Of a DNA stretch of 64,000 nucleotides, positions 37,455-47,420 are shown in pieces; position 1 is the first letter of the stretch; every line of letters starts with the position of its first letter. The DNA comes from Gammaproteobacteria bacterium (GTDB taxonomy: Bacteria > Pseudomonadota > Gammaproteobacteria > Pseudomonadales > Azotimanducaceae), in NCBI GenBank assembly GCA_038136715.1, contig JAYQAI010000003.1, forward strand, positions 5,504 to 69,503, written 5' to 3'. The translations under genes were made by a program, and so were the position numbers. The notes under the pieces were generated by a model. It searched no databases. It saw only the letters and a program-made list of their open reading frames with translations, and was not told the DNA's origin.

Positions 37455-38258
37455 ATGAACCCTTTTCGCCACTTTCTCAGCCTGCTCACGGCTCTCGTCG
37501 TCGTAGTCAACCTGGGCTTCTGGGTCATCTTCCTGTTGCTGTTCGCGTTCCTCCGCCTTGCGCTGACAGCACCGGACATGCGACGCCGCATCAGCACCGC
37601 AACTGAGTGGATCTATCGGCGGGCAGCAGGTGTACACAATTTCTGGATGTTCCGTGTTGTCGGCATCCAGCTCGAGATCGAAGGCCACCTGCCTGATCAC
37701 CCCGCCCCGATTATTATCTCCAATCACCAGAGCTGGATGGACATCCCCGTGCTGCACGGCGCCATCACAGCACAGGGTCCGATTCTGAAATTTCTCATTA
37801 AGCGGGAACTACTGTGGGTACCGATCATTGGCTGGATCTGCTACGCCCTGAATTTTCCGCGCCTGAATCGGGGCAAGGGTAAAGGTGCACGCGGCAAAGA
37901 CTTTGCGGCGATACAGGCGTTTTCAAAGACACTTAATACCGAGCGAGGCGCCCTCATGATCTATGCCGAGGGGACACGTTTTACCCGCCAGAAACACCAC
38001 AATCAGAAGTCACCCTATCGGCATCTGCTGCTGCCACGCCCGGGCGGCCTTAAGATTGCGCTCGAATCAGTTCCCCCGGAAACCCCAGTGATTGATGTCT
38101 CGATCGTCTATCGCGGCGACACAAATTTCTGGCACTGCCTCGGCGGCAGCACCCGTTCAATCAAGGTCGTCATCAGAACCTATCAGGCAACCGACATTCA
38201 CGATGTCAGGTCATGGCTTACTGCCCGCTGGGAGGAAAAAGATCAGTTCTTCACCTGA
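37455..38258 (+). CDS. lysophospholipid (1-acyl-glycerol-3-phosphate-type) acyltransferase, PlsC family
   Basis: N-terminal transmembrane helix, HX4D motif 'NHQSWMD', 'YAEGTRF' (motif III). Start set to ATG 37455. Confidence 0.85.
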   Translation: MNPFRHFLSLLTALVVVVNLGFWVIFLLLFAFLRLALTAPDMRRRISTATEWIYRRAAGVHNFWMFRVVGIQLEIEGHLPDHPAPIIISNHQSWMDIPVLHGAITAQGPILKFLIKRELLWVPIIGWICYALNFPRLNRGKGKGARGKDFAAIQAFSKTLNTERGALMIYAEGTRFTRQKHHNQKSPYRHLLLPRPGGLKIALESVPPETPVIDVSIVYRGDTNFWHCLGGSTRSIKVVIRTYQATDIHDVRSWLTARWEEKDQFFT

Positions 38259-38286
38259 GCGGTGAGATTCTGACCTGCGTCCTGCG

Positions 38287-39360
38287 TCAGCTCAGCAGCT
38301 CCAGGCAGTCCAGTTCCCTGATAGCCGTGAGATTGCGTGACAGCATACATTCACCCAGGGCCCGACCACGTTCGTTAGCGGTATCGAGCGTGCCGCAAAC
38401 CGTGATGGGATACACCATGCATCCCAGAATGGCACGGCGATAATCTTCGCGGCAGTCGGCGAGCGCATAATGAATGTTGGCTTCAGCCAGCGTCTCGACA
38501 TAGTACTCCAGCACGTCCTCTTCTATCTCGGCGCGCAGCGCAGAGTCAACACTCTGGCACATGAAGTATGCAACATCGAAAGCGCCCTTGCCTCGTCCAC
38601 TGATCTGCCAGTCCATGACCAGGGCATCAGTCTGACCGGCAGAATAAAGCATGTTGTCCTGGCGATAGTCACCATGGACAAATGTGTCGGGAGAGCTGAG
38701 CTGGCCCCAGCAGTCCACATACCGGTCACCGACCGTGCGGCATATCTGTTTGGCTTCTGCATCCAGCAGGTGGGCAAAATTTTCAATCGTGGGTTCTAGC
38801 GCGGGCATGTACAACATGGTCTTAAGCTTTTCACCCTCAGCTTCTGACATATGCTCGTACATCCAGGGATAGGCTTCAGCCGAGATTCCCCACCAGCGGG
38901 CATGCATACCCGCAATGCATTTCACGGCAGAGAAAACCTCTTCACGCGCGGCACCGACCAGCTGGTCACGCACTGACACCTCACCCAGGTCCTCCATCAG
39001 CAGGATGAAATCGTAAGACGCCGGATTCACATCTGCATAAAAACTGACCGGCACGCGGAGCGGGCAGTCGCTCGCCAGGCGGTTATAGAAATCCGCTTCG
39101 CGGGTGTAGAAATCCAACACCTGCGCAATTTGCCGATTTTCGTTCTGGGCAGCACATTTTGCGACAATACTCGAAGGCAGTTCTTCTTCACCCGCATAGG
39201 TCAGCTGGAGCCTGCCAAGTTCGCCCATCAAACCGACACCAGCGCCAATGGGTTCAATTTTTACCCCGGTAACACTGGTCTTGAGCAGGCGACGCTCGCC
39301 GAGCACCACTGTCAACCAGTCAGCGGTAATGTCTTGAATAGATGGTGGTACCATAGACAT
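38287..39360 (-). CDS. phosphotransferase-family protein (APH / ecdysteroid-kinase-like fold)
   Basis: Catalytic loop 'VHGDYRQDN' and 'VMDWQ' (Mg-binding Asp). 357 aa. Confidence 0.75.
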   Translation of the reverse strand: MSMVPPSIQDITADWLTVVLGERRLLKTSVTGVKIEPIGAGVGLMGELGRLQLTYAGEEELPSSIVAKCAAQNENRQIAQVLDFYTREADFYNRLASDCPLRVPVSFYADVNPASYDFILLMEDLGEVSVRDQLVGAAREEVFSAVKCIAGMHARWWGISAEAYPWMYEHMSEAEGEKLKTMLYMPALEPTIENFAHLLDAEAKQICRTVGDRYVDCWGQLSSPDTFVHGDYRQDNMLYSAGQTDALVMDWQISGRGKGAFDVAYFMCQSVDSALRAEIEEDVLEYYVETLAEANIHYALADCREDYRRAILGCMVYPITVCGTLDTANERGRALGECMLSRNLTAIRELDCLELLS

Positions 39361-39363
39361 ATC

Positions 39364-40398
39364 TCACTCTCCCTCTTCGGCAAAAACCCCGGTCATCAGT
39401 ATACCCGCTCTATCGATGCTGGCACGGTACATGCCGGTGGTATTAAACGGCATGACAATGTTGCCGGCTGCATCCAGACCGACAACGCCACCATCAGCAC
39501 CCATCTCAACCAGCTTGCCGTTGATGACAGCCTCACCAGCTTCTGCCAGCGATACCCCCTGATAGCGAACCCGTGCGCAAATGTCATGTGCAACCGCTGC
39601 TCGAATAAAATATTCGCCATGACCGGTAGCGGAAACACCGCAGTGACTATCCGCATAGGTGCCCGCCGCAATGATTGGCGAATCACCGACCCGGCCGTAG
39701 CGTTTGTTGGTCATACCACCGGTTGAAGTGCCGGCTGCAATGACACCTTGTTGATCCAGCGCGACCGCTCCGACTGTGCCAAATTTGTCATCGGCCTCAG
39801 ACAGGCTGACCTGATCCCGCTGCTGCAGGCGCTGCAACTGCTCCAGGCGCCGTTCGGTCTTGAAGTAGTCGTTCGACACCTTTTCAAAGCCCTGCTCCAT
39901 GGCAAATTCTTCTGCGCCGGAACCGATCAGCATAACGTGGCGGGAGTGTGTCATGACACGATCCGCCAGCAGGATTGGATTGCGGATATGGCGGACCCCG
40001 GCCACAGCGCCAGCCGAAAGATCACCGCCCACCATAATAGAGGCATCCAGTTCAGCATCACCCTCATGATTCAGAACAGCGCCATACCCGGCATTGAATA
40101 GTTCAGAATCCTCCATCACCAGAATCGCTGCGATCACTGCCTCACGACTACTGCCACCGGCCTCGAGCACTTCGTGCCCCGCTGTCACCGCTGCGGTCAG
40201 ACTCGAGCGATACGCCGCCTCTGTCTCCGGGTTAAGCTTCTCGCGCCGGATCGTACCGGCGCCGCCATGGATAACGATCGCCACGGGATTGTTCACAAGA
40301 TTGTTCCTGGCAGCCGGATCGGCTGCAGTATCGGCAGAGGTCTCGAAGGTGTGGCTGAGTCCGAGACTCAACCAGAATGTCAGCAGAAGTGCCCGCAT
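39364..40398 (-). CDS. isoaspartyl peptidase / L-asparaginase (Ntn-hydrolase), exported
   Basis: Signal peptide 'MRALLLTFWLSLGLS', 'IVIHGGAG', and the autoprocessing site 'GTVGAVALD'. The stop is 3 nt before the next gene's start on the same strand. Confidence 0.9.
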   Translation of the reverse strand: MRALLLTFWLSLGLSHTFETSADTAADPAARNNLVNNPVAIVIHGGAGTIRREKLNPETEAAYRSSLTAAVTAGHEVLEAGGSSREAVIAAILVMEDSELFNAGYGAVLNHEGDAELDASIMVGGDLSAGAVAGVRHIRNPILLADRVMTHSRHVMLIGSGAEEFAMEQGFEKVSNDYFKTERRLEQLQRLQQRDQVSLSEADDKFGTVGAVALDQQGVIAAGTSTGGMTNKRYGRVGDSPIIAAGTYADSHCGVSATGHGEYFIRAAVAHDICARVRYQGVSLAEAGEAVINGKLVEMGADGGVVGLDAAGNIVMPFNTTGMYRASIDRAGILMTGVFAEEGE

Positions 40399-40456
40399 GA
40401 TGTTTGCACCATAGCAGATCAGGCCCGACTTGGAACCCGGCGGCTTGAGACGCGAC

Positions 40457-41263
40457 CTAGAAAAAGTGCTTCACTTTTTCCTTGTAGGATCGGCTCATCT
40501 TGATTGACGCGCCGTTATTGAGGATCAGGTGGAACTCGCCATTCATGTGCGAGGATACCTTGGTCACGCGATCAAGGTTAACAATCGTGCTGCGATGCAC
40601 CCGCTGGAAATTAGCTGGATCAAGCTGCGCTTCCAGTTCCTTCATGGTGACGCGCATGACATGAGTCTGGCCGTTAGCATGTATACACATATAGTCACCA
40701 GCTGCATCGACCCAGTCGATATCCCTGGTTTCGACCAGCGTTGTTTCGCTGCCGTCCTTGATAGCGATCTTGTCCGGGTAGGACTTCACACCGGTGTGGT
40801 CCTTGAGCAGCTGGGCGATGGCAGTTTCCGATTTGCCCGTGATGCTGATGATCAATTCCAGCAGACGTTGCTTGTCTGTAACGTCACCATCCTGAGCCCT
40901 GTGACTGCGGGCGCGATCCACAGCTTCCTGCAACCGCTCAGGCACGATAGGCTTCAGCAGGTAATCCACGGCATGAACATCAAACGCCTCGATGGCGTAC
41001 TGATCATAAGCGGTTGTGAAGATGATCATTGGCATGTCGTCCTGCTGCAGCTTTGAAACCACGTCAAAACCGCTCATACCCGGCATCTGGATATCGAGGA
41101 AGACCACGTCGGGTCTGAGCTCGGCAACCGCGTTCACGGCCTCACGGCCGTTCGTGCATTCACCCACGACCTCAACACCCTGAATCTCCTTGAGCCTGAG
41201 ATTCAGGCCTTTACGGGCCAGGGATTCGTCATCAACAATGATTGCCTGAAGCGGTGTACTCAT
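40457..41263 (-). CDS. LytR/AlgR-family (LytTR DNA-binding) response regulator
   Basis: Receiver domain 'AIIVDDE', 'VVFLDIQMPGMSG'. C-terminal LytTR domain 'IDWVDAAGDY', 'VHRSTIVNLDRV'. Confidence 0.9.
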   Translation of the reverse strand: MSTPLQAIIVDDESLARKGLNLRLKEIQGVEVVGECTNGREAVNAVAELRPDVVFLDIQMPGMSGFDVVSKLQQDDMPMIIFTTAYDQYAIEAFDVHAVDYLLKPIVPERLQEAVDRARSHRAQDGDVTDKQRLLELIISITGKSETAIAQLLKDHTGVKSYPDKIAIKDGSETTLVETRDIDWVDAAGDYMCIHANGQTHVMRVTMKELEAQLDPANFQRVHRSTIVNLDRVTKVSSHMNGEFHLILNNGASIKMSRSYKEKVKHFF

Positions 41264-42351
41264 GATTCGACCTCAAAGGGAATGCGTATATCGATCTTTA
41301 GTCCATGGGGCTCTGCCGTACCAAAATGACAGAGGTGACGTTCTCCGTACAACTGGGCGAGCCGTTCCCGTGTATTGGCGAGACCAACGCCACTGAACTC
41401 AGGCAGCCGTCCGTCATCAGAATCGATGCCCGGCCCATCATCTATCACCAGCAACTGTAACTCGTTATCGAGTTTGCGTGACTCTATCCTGATCGTACCG
41501 CCGTCTTCGCGGTTGGCAACCGCGTACTTGATGGAATTTTCCACCAGCGGTTGCAGGATCAAACTGGGCACCAGTGCTTTGCGGGTATCTGCATCGACAT
41601 CGATTTCAATCTGCAGGCGTTCGTCAAACCGCACCTGCTCAATCTCGAGGTAGAGCTGCATCGTGTTGATCTCATGTTCCAGATCCACGGTCTGCATCGG
41701 GTCTTTGTCGAGGGAGTAGCGCAGGAAGTGACTGAGCTTACTCACCATCGAATTGGCATCTTCGGTGTTCTTCTCCAGGATCAGAGTCGAGATAGCATTC
41801 AGCGTGTTAAACAGAAAGTGCGGATTCAACTGGTAGCGCAGCATGCGCAACTGCGCCTCATGCGCCATGGACTCAGCACGGATACTGCGCTCTGTTTCCT
41901 TCTGTAGCATCCGGTAAAACTTCAGGGCGAAATACAGACCGCTCCACCCCAGCATGAGGAAGTAGGAGTAGCCCAGAATGCCGGCAAAATAAACCATCGC
42001 GCCATACTGCTCGACCAGTTCGAACTCCTGATAATAGAAGTACTGCGAATAGTTCTTGATTGGCTGCCAGATAGCGGCCATCACATAGGAAGCCACAAGC
42101 ACAGTGATCACCCGCTGCACCAGAGGCCTATCCCATACCGCGCGATAGAGGTAGCGCAGCAGCGTGGTCAATATCAGACCGGCAATCGCGTCAACGATCA
42201 ACAGCAGAATCCGGTCAACTGGTTGACCCCAATAGGCATCACGAATGGCAAACAGGGTGACCCAGCCGGTCCAGCCAAGAGCCTGCAGGGCCCAGAACTG
42301 AAAATTCCGGTTCTGGGAGAGCTCTGATATCTGTAAGGAAATTCGACTCAA
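41260..42351 (-). CDS. LytS/YehU-type sensor histidine kinase
   Basis: Polytopic N-terminus. His_kinase motif 'LRYQLNPHFLFNTLNAI'. HATPase_c region 'DDGPGI', 'GVGLANTRERL'. 4-nt overlap with the response regulator gene. Apparent TTG start. Confidence 0.9.
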   Translation of the reverse strand: MSRISLQISELSQNRNFQFWALQALGWTGWVTLFAIRDAYWGQPVDRILLLIVDAIAGLILTTLLRYLYRAVWDRPLVQRVITVLVASYVMAAIWQPIKNYSQYFYYQEFELVEQYGAMVYFAGILGYSYFLMLGWSGLYFALKFYRMLQKETERSIRAESMAHEAQLRMLRYQLNPHFLFNTLNAISTLILEKNTEDANSMVSKLSHFLRYSLDKDPMQTVDLEHEINTMQLYLEIEQVRFDERLQIEIDVDADTRKALVPSLILQPLVENSIKYAVANREDGGTIRIESRKLDNELQLLVIDDGPGIDSDDGRLPEFSGVGLANTRERLAQLYGERHLCHFGTAEPHGLKIDIRIPFEVES

Positions 42352-42515
42352 GGGAGAGACACCGGTTGCACCCTAGAATTATAAGCGAGGATGCAGGCTT
42401 TATCAGTTACCGCTGCCATCAATCTAAAGGCCTCTGTCGCGCATCGGACTCGTTTCACCGCAGACGGCGGCAGAATCTCTGCTATGATCGCGCTTCGTTT
42501 CGAAGGCCGCCACCC

Positions 42516-43757
42516 GTGCAGTTCACCCGCCAACTCAGCGCTTTGCGCCATCCACAATTCTTCCGCTACTGGCTAGGGTCATTCACATCGGTTGGTGCCA
42601 CGCAGCTGCAGGTCATGGGACTGGGTTGGCTGATCTACGAGCTGTCGAACAGCTCCCTGACCCTCGGCTACCTGGGCGCGGCTGCCGGGATACCCGCGAC
42701 AGTAATCACCCTGTTTGGCGGCGCGCTGGCGGACCGCCTCGACAAACGCCTGGTGCTGATCGTGACCTCACTGTTGACGGCAGGCCTGCTGGGAGTGCTC
42801 GCACTGCTCGACTACCTTGAACTGGCCGAAGTCTGGCATGTGCTGCTGATCACCGCCGCGATCTCAGTGGTCACCGGCTTCGACTGGCCGGTCAGACAAT
42901 CGATCTTCCCGGCGTTCATTGAACGTGAAGACATGATGAGCGCAGTCGCGTTAACGACGTTCCTCTGGCAGGCCACTCGCATGGTGATGCCTGCCATGGG
43001 CGGTATTATGATCGCGGTGGCGGACACCTGGTTGTTGTTTGCCTGCTGCAGCGCAGGCTTCTTCTTCATGTTCCTGGTGCTGCTGACGCTCCGGGTCAAT
43101 GCCAGTGTTCCCGCCCCCAGACACTCGACCCTGCAGCAGATCCGACAGGGTTTCCGCTTCATCCTGCAGCAGCGCTTGTTCCTGGTACTAATCCTGCTGT
43201 CCTATGCCCTGTCGTTCTTCGCCAGTTCCTACATGCAGCTGATGCCAGCCTTTGCTGACATGCTTGCGGTGGATGAAACGGGGTTTGGCTACCTGCTGTC
43301 AATCGGCGGCATCGGCGCAGTCCTGGGCACAGTCATTGCAGGTACCCTGCAGCACTCCATTCACCTGGGGCGGGTAATGATCCTGGCAGCACTGGTGTTT
43401 CTGGTATTCCTCTATGTGTTCGCCTGGGTTGCCTGGGCAGGCTACACCGGCAGCTTTGCCATGGCGCTGGCAGCTATTTTCGCTGCGGCGGTGTTTTACT
43501 CCATCTTCATGGTGACATCGACCGGTGTGCTGCAACTCGAGGTCCCTGATGAGTTGCGCGGGCGCGTCATGGGTTTTCACGCGATCACCTACAACCTCAT
43601 GCCGCTCGGCGCGCTGTTCAGCGGCGCCATCGCCAGCTGGAGCAACCCTTCTGCCGCCATTGCTGTCAGCACTTCTATCGTCGCTCTGTTTGTCCTGTGG
43701 ATCTGGCTGAAAGAGGCTGAAGTCACCACCATAAACGGCGGTCAACTTGCCCACTGA
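42516..43757 (+). CDS. MFS transporter (EntS/MFS_3-like)
   Basis: 'LRHPQFFRYWLGSF' is a typical N-terminus for this family. About 12 hydrophobic spans. Start set to GTG 42516; the upstream part of ORF 42366.. is Arg/Cys-rich and unlikely to be coding. Confidence 0.8.
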   Translation: MQFTRQLSALRHPQFFRYWLGSFTSVGATQLQVMGLGWLIYELSNSSLTLGYLGAAAGIPATVITLFGGALADRLDKRLVLIVTSLLTAGLLGVLALLDYLELAEVWHVLLITAAISVVTGFDWPVRQSIFPAFIEREDMMSAVALTTFLWQATRMVMPAMGGIMIAVADTWLLFACCSAGFFFMFLVLLTLRVNASVPAPRHSTLQQIRQGFRFILQQRLFLVLILLSYALSFFASSYMQLMPAFADMLAVDETGFGYLLSIGGIGAVLGTVIAGTLQHSIHLGRVMILAALVFLVFLYVFAWVAWAGYTGSFAMALAAIFAAAVFYSIFMVTSTGVLQLEVPDELRGRVMGFHAITYNLMPLGALFSGAIASWSNPSAAIAVSTSIVALFVLWIWLKEAEVTTINGGQLAH

Positions 43758-43852
43758 GACACTGAGTCGTGATAACGATCAACGCAGCAGACAAACCACT
43801 GTGATGGTCGATGCGCGGCAGCCACGCCGCGGTCCTGCCATTCAGTCCGAGT

Positions 43853-44281
43853 TCAGCGGGTCGACTTGGGTGTGTTCCAGATATCCCTGGCGATTTTCCA
43901 CTCACCATCAGCCTGCTTCTTGAGTATCCAGATATGACGACTGACAGAACGCAGCGGCGGTGAGCCGTCGTCCACTTTGGGTCTCAGGTAGCCATCGAAG
44001 CTGACTCTCACGTATGCCCAGTCTTCGGCGACAACGACTTCATCGACATGGGTTTCCTGATCGAACTTGAACTTGCCGGTAAAGCGATAGAAGTTGCGCG
44101 CCTCGTCAAGGTGCACATCCCTGAAAGTGGACGGCATCATCCAGACGGCGTCGTCGGTAAACAGATCGAAATAGCGGTCAAAATCATCTGACCGGATAAC
44201 ATCGAGGGCCTCAAGAATCAGACTTTTTACGGCTTCGTCTTCTTCACGGACTCTTGCCAGAGCGGGTGCCATGACACGCAT
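43853..44281 (-). CDS. SnoaL-like / NTF2-fold (DUF4440-like) protein
   Basis: 142 aa. 'FDLFTDDAVWMMP', 'W.ILKKQADGEWKIARDIWN' are typical of the NTF2-like fold. Confidence 0.65.
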   Translation of the reverse strand: MRVMAPALARVREEDEAVKSLILEALDVIRSDDFDRYFDLFTDDAVWMMPSTFRDVHLDEARNFYRFTGKFKFDQETHVDEVVVAEDWAYVRVSFDGYLRPKVDDGSPPLRSVSRHIWILKKQADGEWKIARDIWNTPKSTR

Positions 44282-44406
44282 TCCTTGAGATTGGGGCTCC
44301 TCATCTTACTGGCGGGGATGGCCACTACAAGCCTCAAAATCAGGGACTTCAGCCACCGAGTGATTTCCGCTATTCTCCTGCCACGCCCATCGCTCGACAT
44401 AAAACC

Positions 44407-45378
44407 ATGAAAATATTGAAGTTTCTGGGGCTTTTCCTGGTGCTGGCGGTGACCCTCGCTGGGGCTGCATTATATGAGGGCGATATACCCAGTGATGTCG
44501 TTGATGCGCGCTACAGCAGCCCATCGTCTCAGTTCCTGGACCTCGGTGATGCGGGTCGAATTCATTACCGGGATGATGGCAATCGACGGCATCCCGCTGT
44601 GCTGCTGATTCATGGCTCTGCAGCATCGCTGCATACGTTTGAACCCTGGGTCGAGCGACTGAGCGGCGAGTATAGGGTCATCACCCTGGATCTGCCCGGG
44701 CATGGCCTGACCGGTGCCGTCCCTTCAGCAGATTACAGTCTGGCGGCCTATATCGACGTCGTGCATGCACTGGCCAATCATCTTTCTCTCGATACATTCG
44801 TCATCGGCGGCAACTCCATGGGCGGTGGCGTCGCGTGGCGCTATGCGCTGGCCCATCCAGCGCAGGTGAGAGGTCTCGTTCTGATCAACGCGACCGGACT
44901 CGCAAAATGGCGGGATGATCAAACCGGCAACAACACCGGCAACAACAGTGCTGTCCTGGTCTTTGAGCTGCTGCGCAAACCCTGGTTCAGGGCCATCGCT
45001 GAAAAGATCGACCCCTACTACCTCGCCCAGCAAGGCGTTACCAGCGCTTACAATCACTCCAACGTGGTCGACGAAAGTCTGATCATGCGCTACTACGATC
45101 TCAACCTGCGTGCCGGTACCCGCAAGGCGACAATTGACCGATTCCAGCAGTTCGGGCAGACACCGAGCGCAGACCTCAGCCAGATTAAAACACCAACCCT
45201 GGTGATGTGGGGGGAGGAGGATGCACTCATCCCCTTTTCTCACGCCGCCAGGTTTGAAGCCGCGATTCCCGATACTCGCACAGCCTACTACCAGGACGTC
45301 GGACATGTCCCCATGGAAGAAATTCCCGATCAATCTGCGCGTGATCTCAGCGTTTTCCTGCAGGCACTCAACAGATGA
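44407..45378 (+). CDS. alpha/beta-fold hydrolase with N-terminal membrane anchor/signal
   Basis: 'LLIHGSAASLHTF', nucleophile elbow 'GNSMGG', 'GHVPMEE'. Hydrophobic N-terminus 'FLGLFLVLAVTLAGAAL'. Confidence 0.85.
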   Translation: MKILKFLGLFLVLAVTLAGAALYEGDIPSDVVDARYSSPSSQFLDLGDAGRIHYRDDGNRRHPAVLLIHGSAASLHTFEPWVERLSGEYRVITLDLPGHGLTGAVPSADYSLAAYIDVVHALANHLSLDTFVIGGNSMGGGVAWRYALAHPAQVRGLVLINATGLAKWRDDQTGNNTGNNSAVLVFELLRKPWFRAIAEKIDPYYLAQQGVTSAYNHSNVVDESLIMRYYDLNLRAGTRKATIDRFQQFGQTPSADLSQIKTPTLVMWGEEDALIPFSHAARFEAAIPDTRTAYYQDVGHVPMEEIPDQSARDLSVFLQALNR

Positions 45379-45526
45379 AACACACCGTCGCGCCTGACTG
45401 TCCCATGGCCTGCCTCAGGCCCTGTGATCTATATACATTCGAATGACAAACTGAACACGAAATGGCGAAAATTTGCGCTAAACTGCCAGCAAAGCACGGG
45501 GCGCAGCACATCATCGGGCGCAGCAC

Positions 45527-46366
45527 ATGAAGACCTCCAGCAGGCCACTCAAACGTTTGCCTCTGACCAACAAAGGGGAGTTGTCCCTTTATTTTATTGG
45601 CTGTGGGTCAGCCTTCGCCAAAACTCTCAATCAGAACAACCTGCTTATAACCAAAGGCAGCGATCACCTGCTGATCGACTGCGGCACTCGCTGCTCCCAG
45701 GCCTTGTTCGATGTTGGCGTATCCATGGCCCAGATCAAGAACTACCTGATCACTCACAGTCACGCTGATCACATCGGCGGTCTTGAAGAGGCAATGTTGT
45801 TCGGACGTTACGTGACCCAGCAGAAACCCACCATGGTGATCACGCCTGCCTACGAGAAAATTCTCTGGGAACAGAGCCTGCGCGGTGGCGCCGAGCTGTC
45901 AGAACGCGAACCACTGGCATTTAAAGACCTGTGGCACACGATCCGCCCGAGGAAACTCAAGGGTTATCCACGCGAGACCTTCGAGGCCAATATCGGCAGC
46001 ATCAATATCAAGATGCCCCGCACCATGCACTTCCCTGACAGCGCCACGAGCTGGCGCGGCTGTGCCTGGAGCTGCGGTGCAATTATCGATGATCGCGTAT
46101 TTTTCACGTCAGATACCCGCTACGACCCGGACCTCGTTATCGATTATGACGACCGCTTCGACTTCGAGATTATCTTCCACGACTGCCAGTTGTTCACTGG
46201 CGGCGTTCACGCCTCGCTCGAGGAGTTGACCCAACTGCCGGAAAAAATCCGCCGCAAGACAATTCTGATGCACTACGGAGACAACTGGCGCGACTTTCGT
46301 GATCAGGCAAAGATTGCCGGGTTCCTTGCCTGGGCAAAGCAGGGTCATCGCTACACATTTTCCTAG
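45527..46366 (+). CDS. MBL-fold metallo-hydrolase
   Basis: 'ITHSHADHIGG' (HxHxDH motif), with downstream His/Asp ligand regions. Confidence 0.8.
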   Translation: MKTSSRPLKRLPLTNKGELSLYFIGCGSAFAKTLNQNNLLITKGSDHLLIDCGTRCSQALFDVGVSMAQIKNYLITHSHADHIGGLEEAMLFGRYVTQQKPTMVITPAYEKILWEQSLRGGAELSEREPLAFKDLWHTIRPRKLKGYPRETFEANIGSINIKMPRTMHFPDSATSWRGCAWSCGAIIDDRVFFTSDTRYDPDLVIDYDDRFDFEIIFHDCQLFTGGVHASLEELTQLPEKIRRKTILMHYGDNWRDFRDQAKIAGFLAWAKQGHRYTFS

Positions 46367-46525
46367 CACCGCCAGTGATTCGGCGTCAATTACCTGATCA
46401 TTCGAAGGCTTATAACGCTCGATGGGAGCTGGAGAAAACAGGGCCAATATGATTTACTTTCGGCCTTCATTTTTTGACCCCTTAATAACTTTTGGAACTT
46501 TTTCGTACCCCTGGGAGGAATATCA

Positions 46526-47416
46526 ATGGGAATGTTAGAAGGTAAAGTTGCGCTCGTCACAGGTGCTGGTGGCGGTCTCGGCGAATGTCACGCCAAACTG
46601 CTGGCCGAAGAAGGTGCATCCGTTGTCGTCAACGATCTGGGCGGTGCCCGCGATGGCGCCGGCGCTGGTTCCGAGATGGCTGACCAGGTCGTTGCTGACA
46701 TCAAGGCTGCAGGTGGCAATGCCGTTGCCGATTACGGCAACGTCACCAGCGAGGAAGATGCTAACCGCATGGTACAGACAGCTGTCGACAACTTTGGAAA
46801 GCTGGACTTCTTCATTGCCAACGCCGGCATTCTGCGCGACAAATCGTTCAAGAACATGGACAACGACATGTGGGACGCGGTCATCAACGTTCACCTGCGT
46901 GGCACCTACCTCACCGTCAAGGCAGCCTACAACCAGATGATGACCCAGGAAAACGGTGGCAGCATCGTCGTGACCTCCTCCACGTCCGGGCTGCTCGGCA
47001 ACTTTGGCCAGACCAACTATGGCGCGGCCAAGGCCGGTATCGCGGGCTTCGCCCGTTGCCTGTTCCAGGAAGGCCTGAAGTACAACGTCCGCGTCAACGT
47101 GCTCGCACCAGCGGCTTACTCGCGTATGACAGCGGACATCTTCCCGGAAGGCCAGAACATGGAAGAACTGCTGTCACCTGACAAGGTCTCACCGCTGGTG
47201 GTTTACCTCGGTTCTGATGCAGCAAAAGATGTCACCGGTCGTACCTTTATGGTTGCCGGTAACAGCGTCCAGCTAATCTCCTGGCAGTCGCAGGAAGTGG
47301 CGTTGAAAGATAACACTGACGAGCCCTGGACCGTTGCCGAGATTGCCGACAAGGTCGCCGAACACTTCGATCAGTGGCCGAAAGGTATTCAGCCGACCAA
47401 GCGTCCATGGGAGTAA
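46526..47416 (+). CDS. SDR-family oxidoreductase (multifunctional-enzyme-2-type), paralogue of 10207..11112
   Basis: 'TGAGGGLG', 'ANAGILRDKSFKN', 'TSSTSGLLGNFGQTNYGAAK'. GGGAGGAA Shine-Dalgarno 5 nt upstream. Confidence 0.9.
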   Translation: MGMLEGKVALVTGAGGGLGECHAKLLAEEGASVVVNDLGGARDGAGAGSEMADQVVADIKAAGGNAVADYGNVTSEEDANRMVQTAVDNFGKLDFFIANAGILRDKSFKNMDNDMWDAVINVHLRGTYLTVKAAYNQMMTQENGGSIVVTSSTSGLLGNFGQTNYGAAKAGIAGFARCLFQEGLKYNVRVNVLAPAAYSRMTADIFPEGQNMEELLSPDKVSPLVVYLGSDAAKDVTGRTFMVAGNSVQLISWQSQEVALKDNTDEPWTVAEIADKVAEHFDQWPKGIQPTKRPWE

Positions 47417-47420
47417 CCCA

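Noticed and set aside
46449-46538. 29-codon upstream ORF overlapping the SDR start codon.
   Set aside because: It has no Shine-Dalgarno sequence and an unremarkable peptide. It cannot be distinguished from chance without conservation data.
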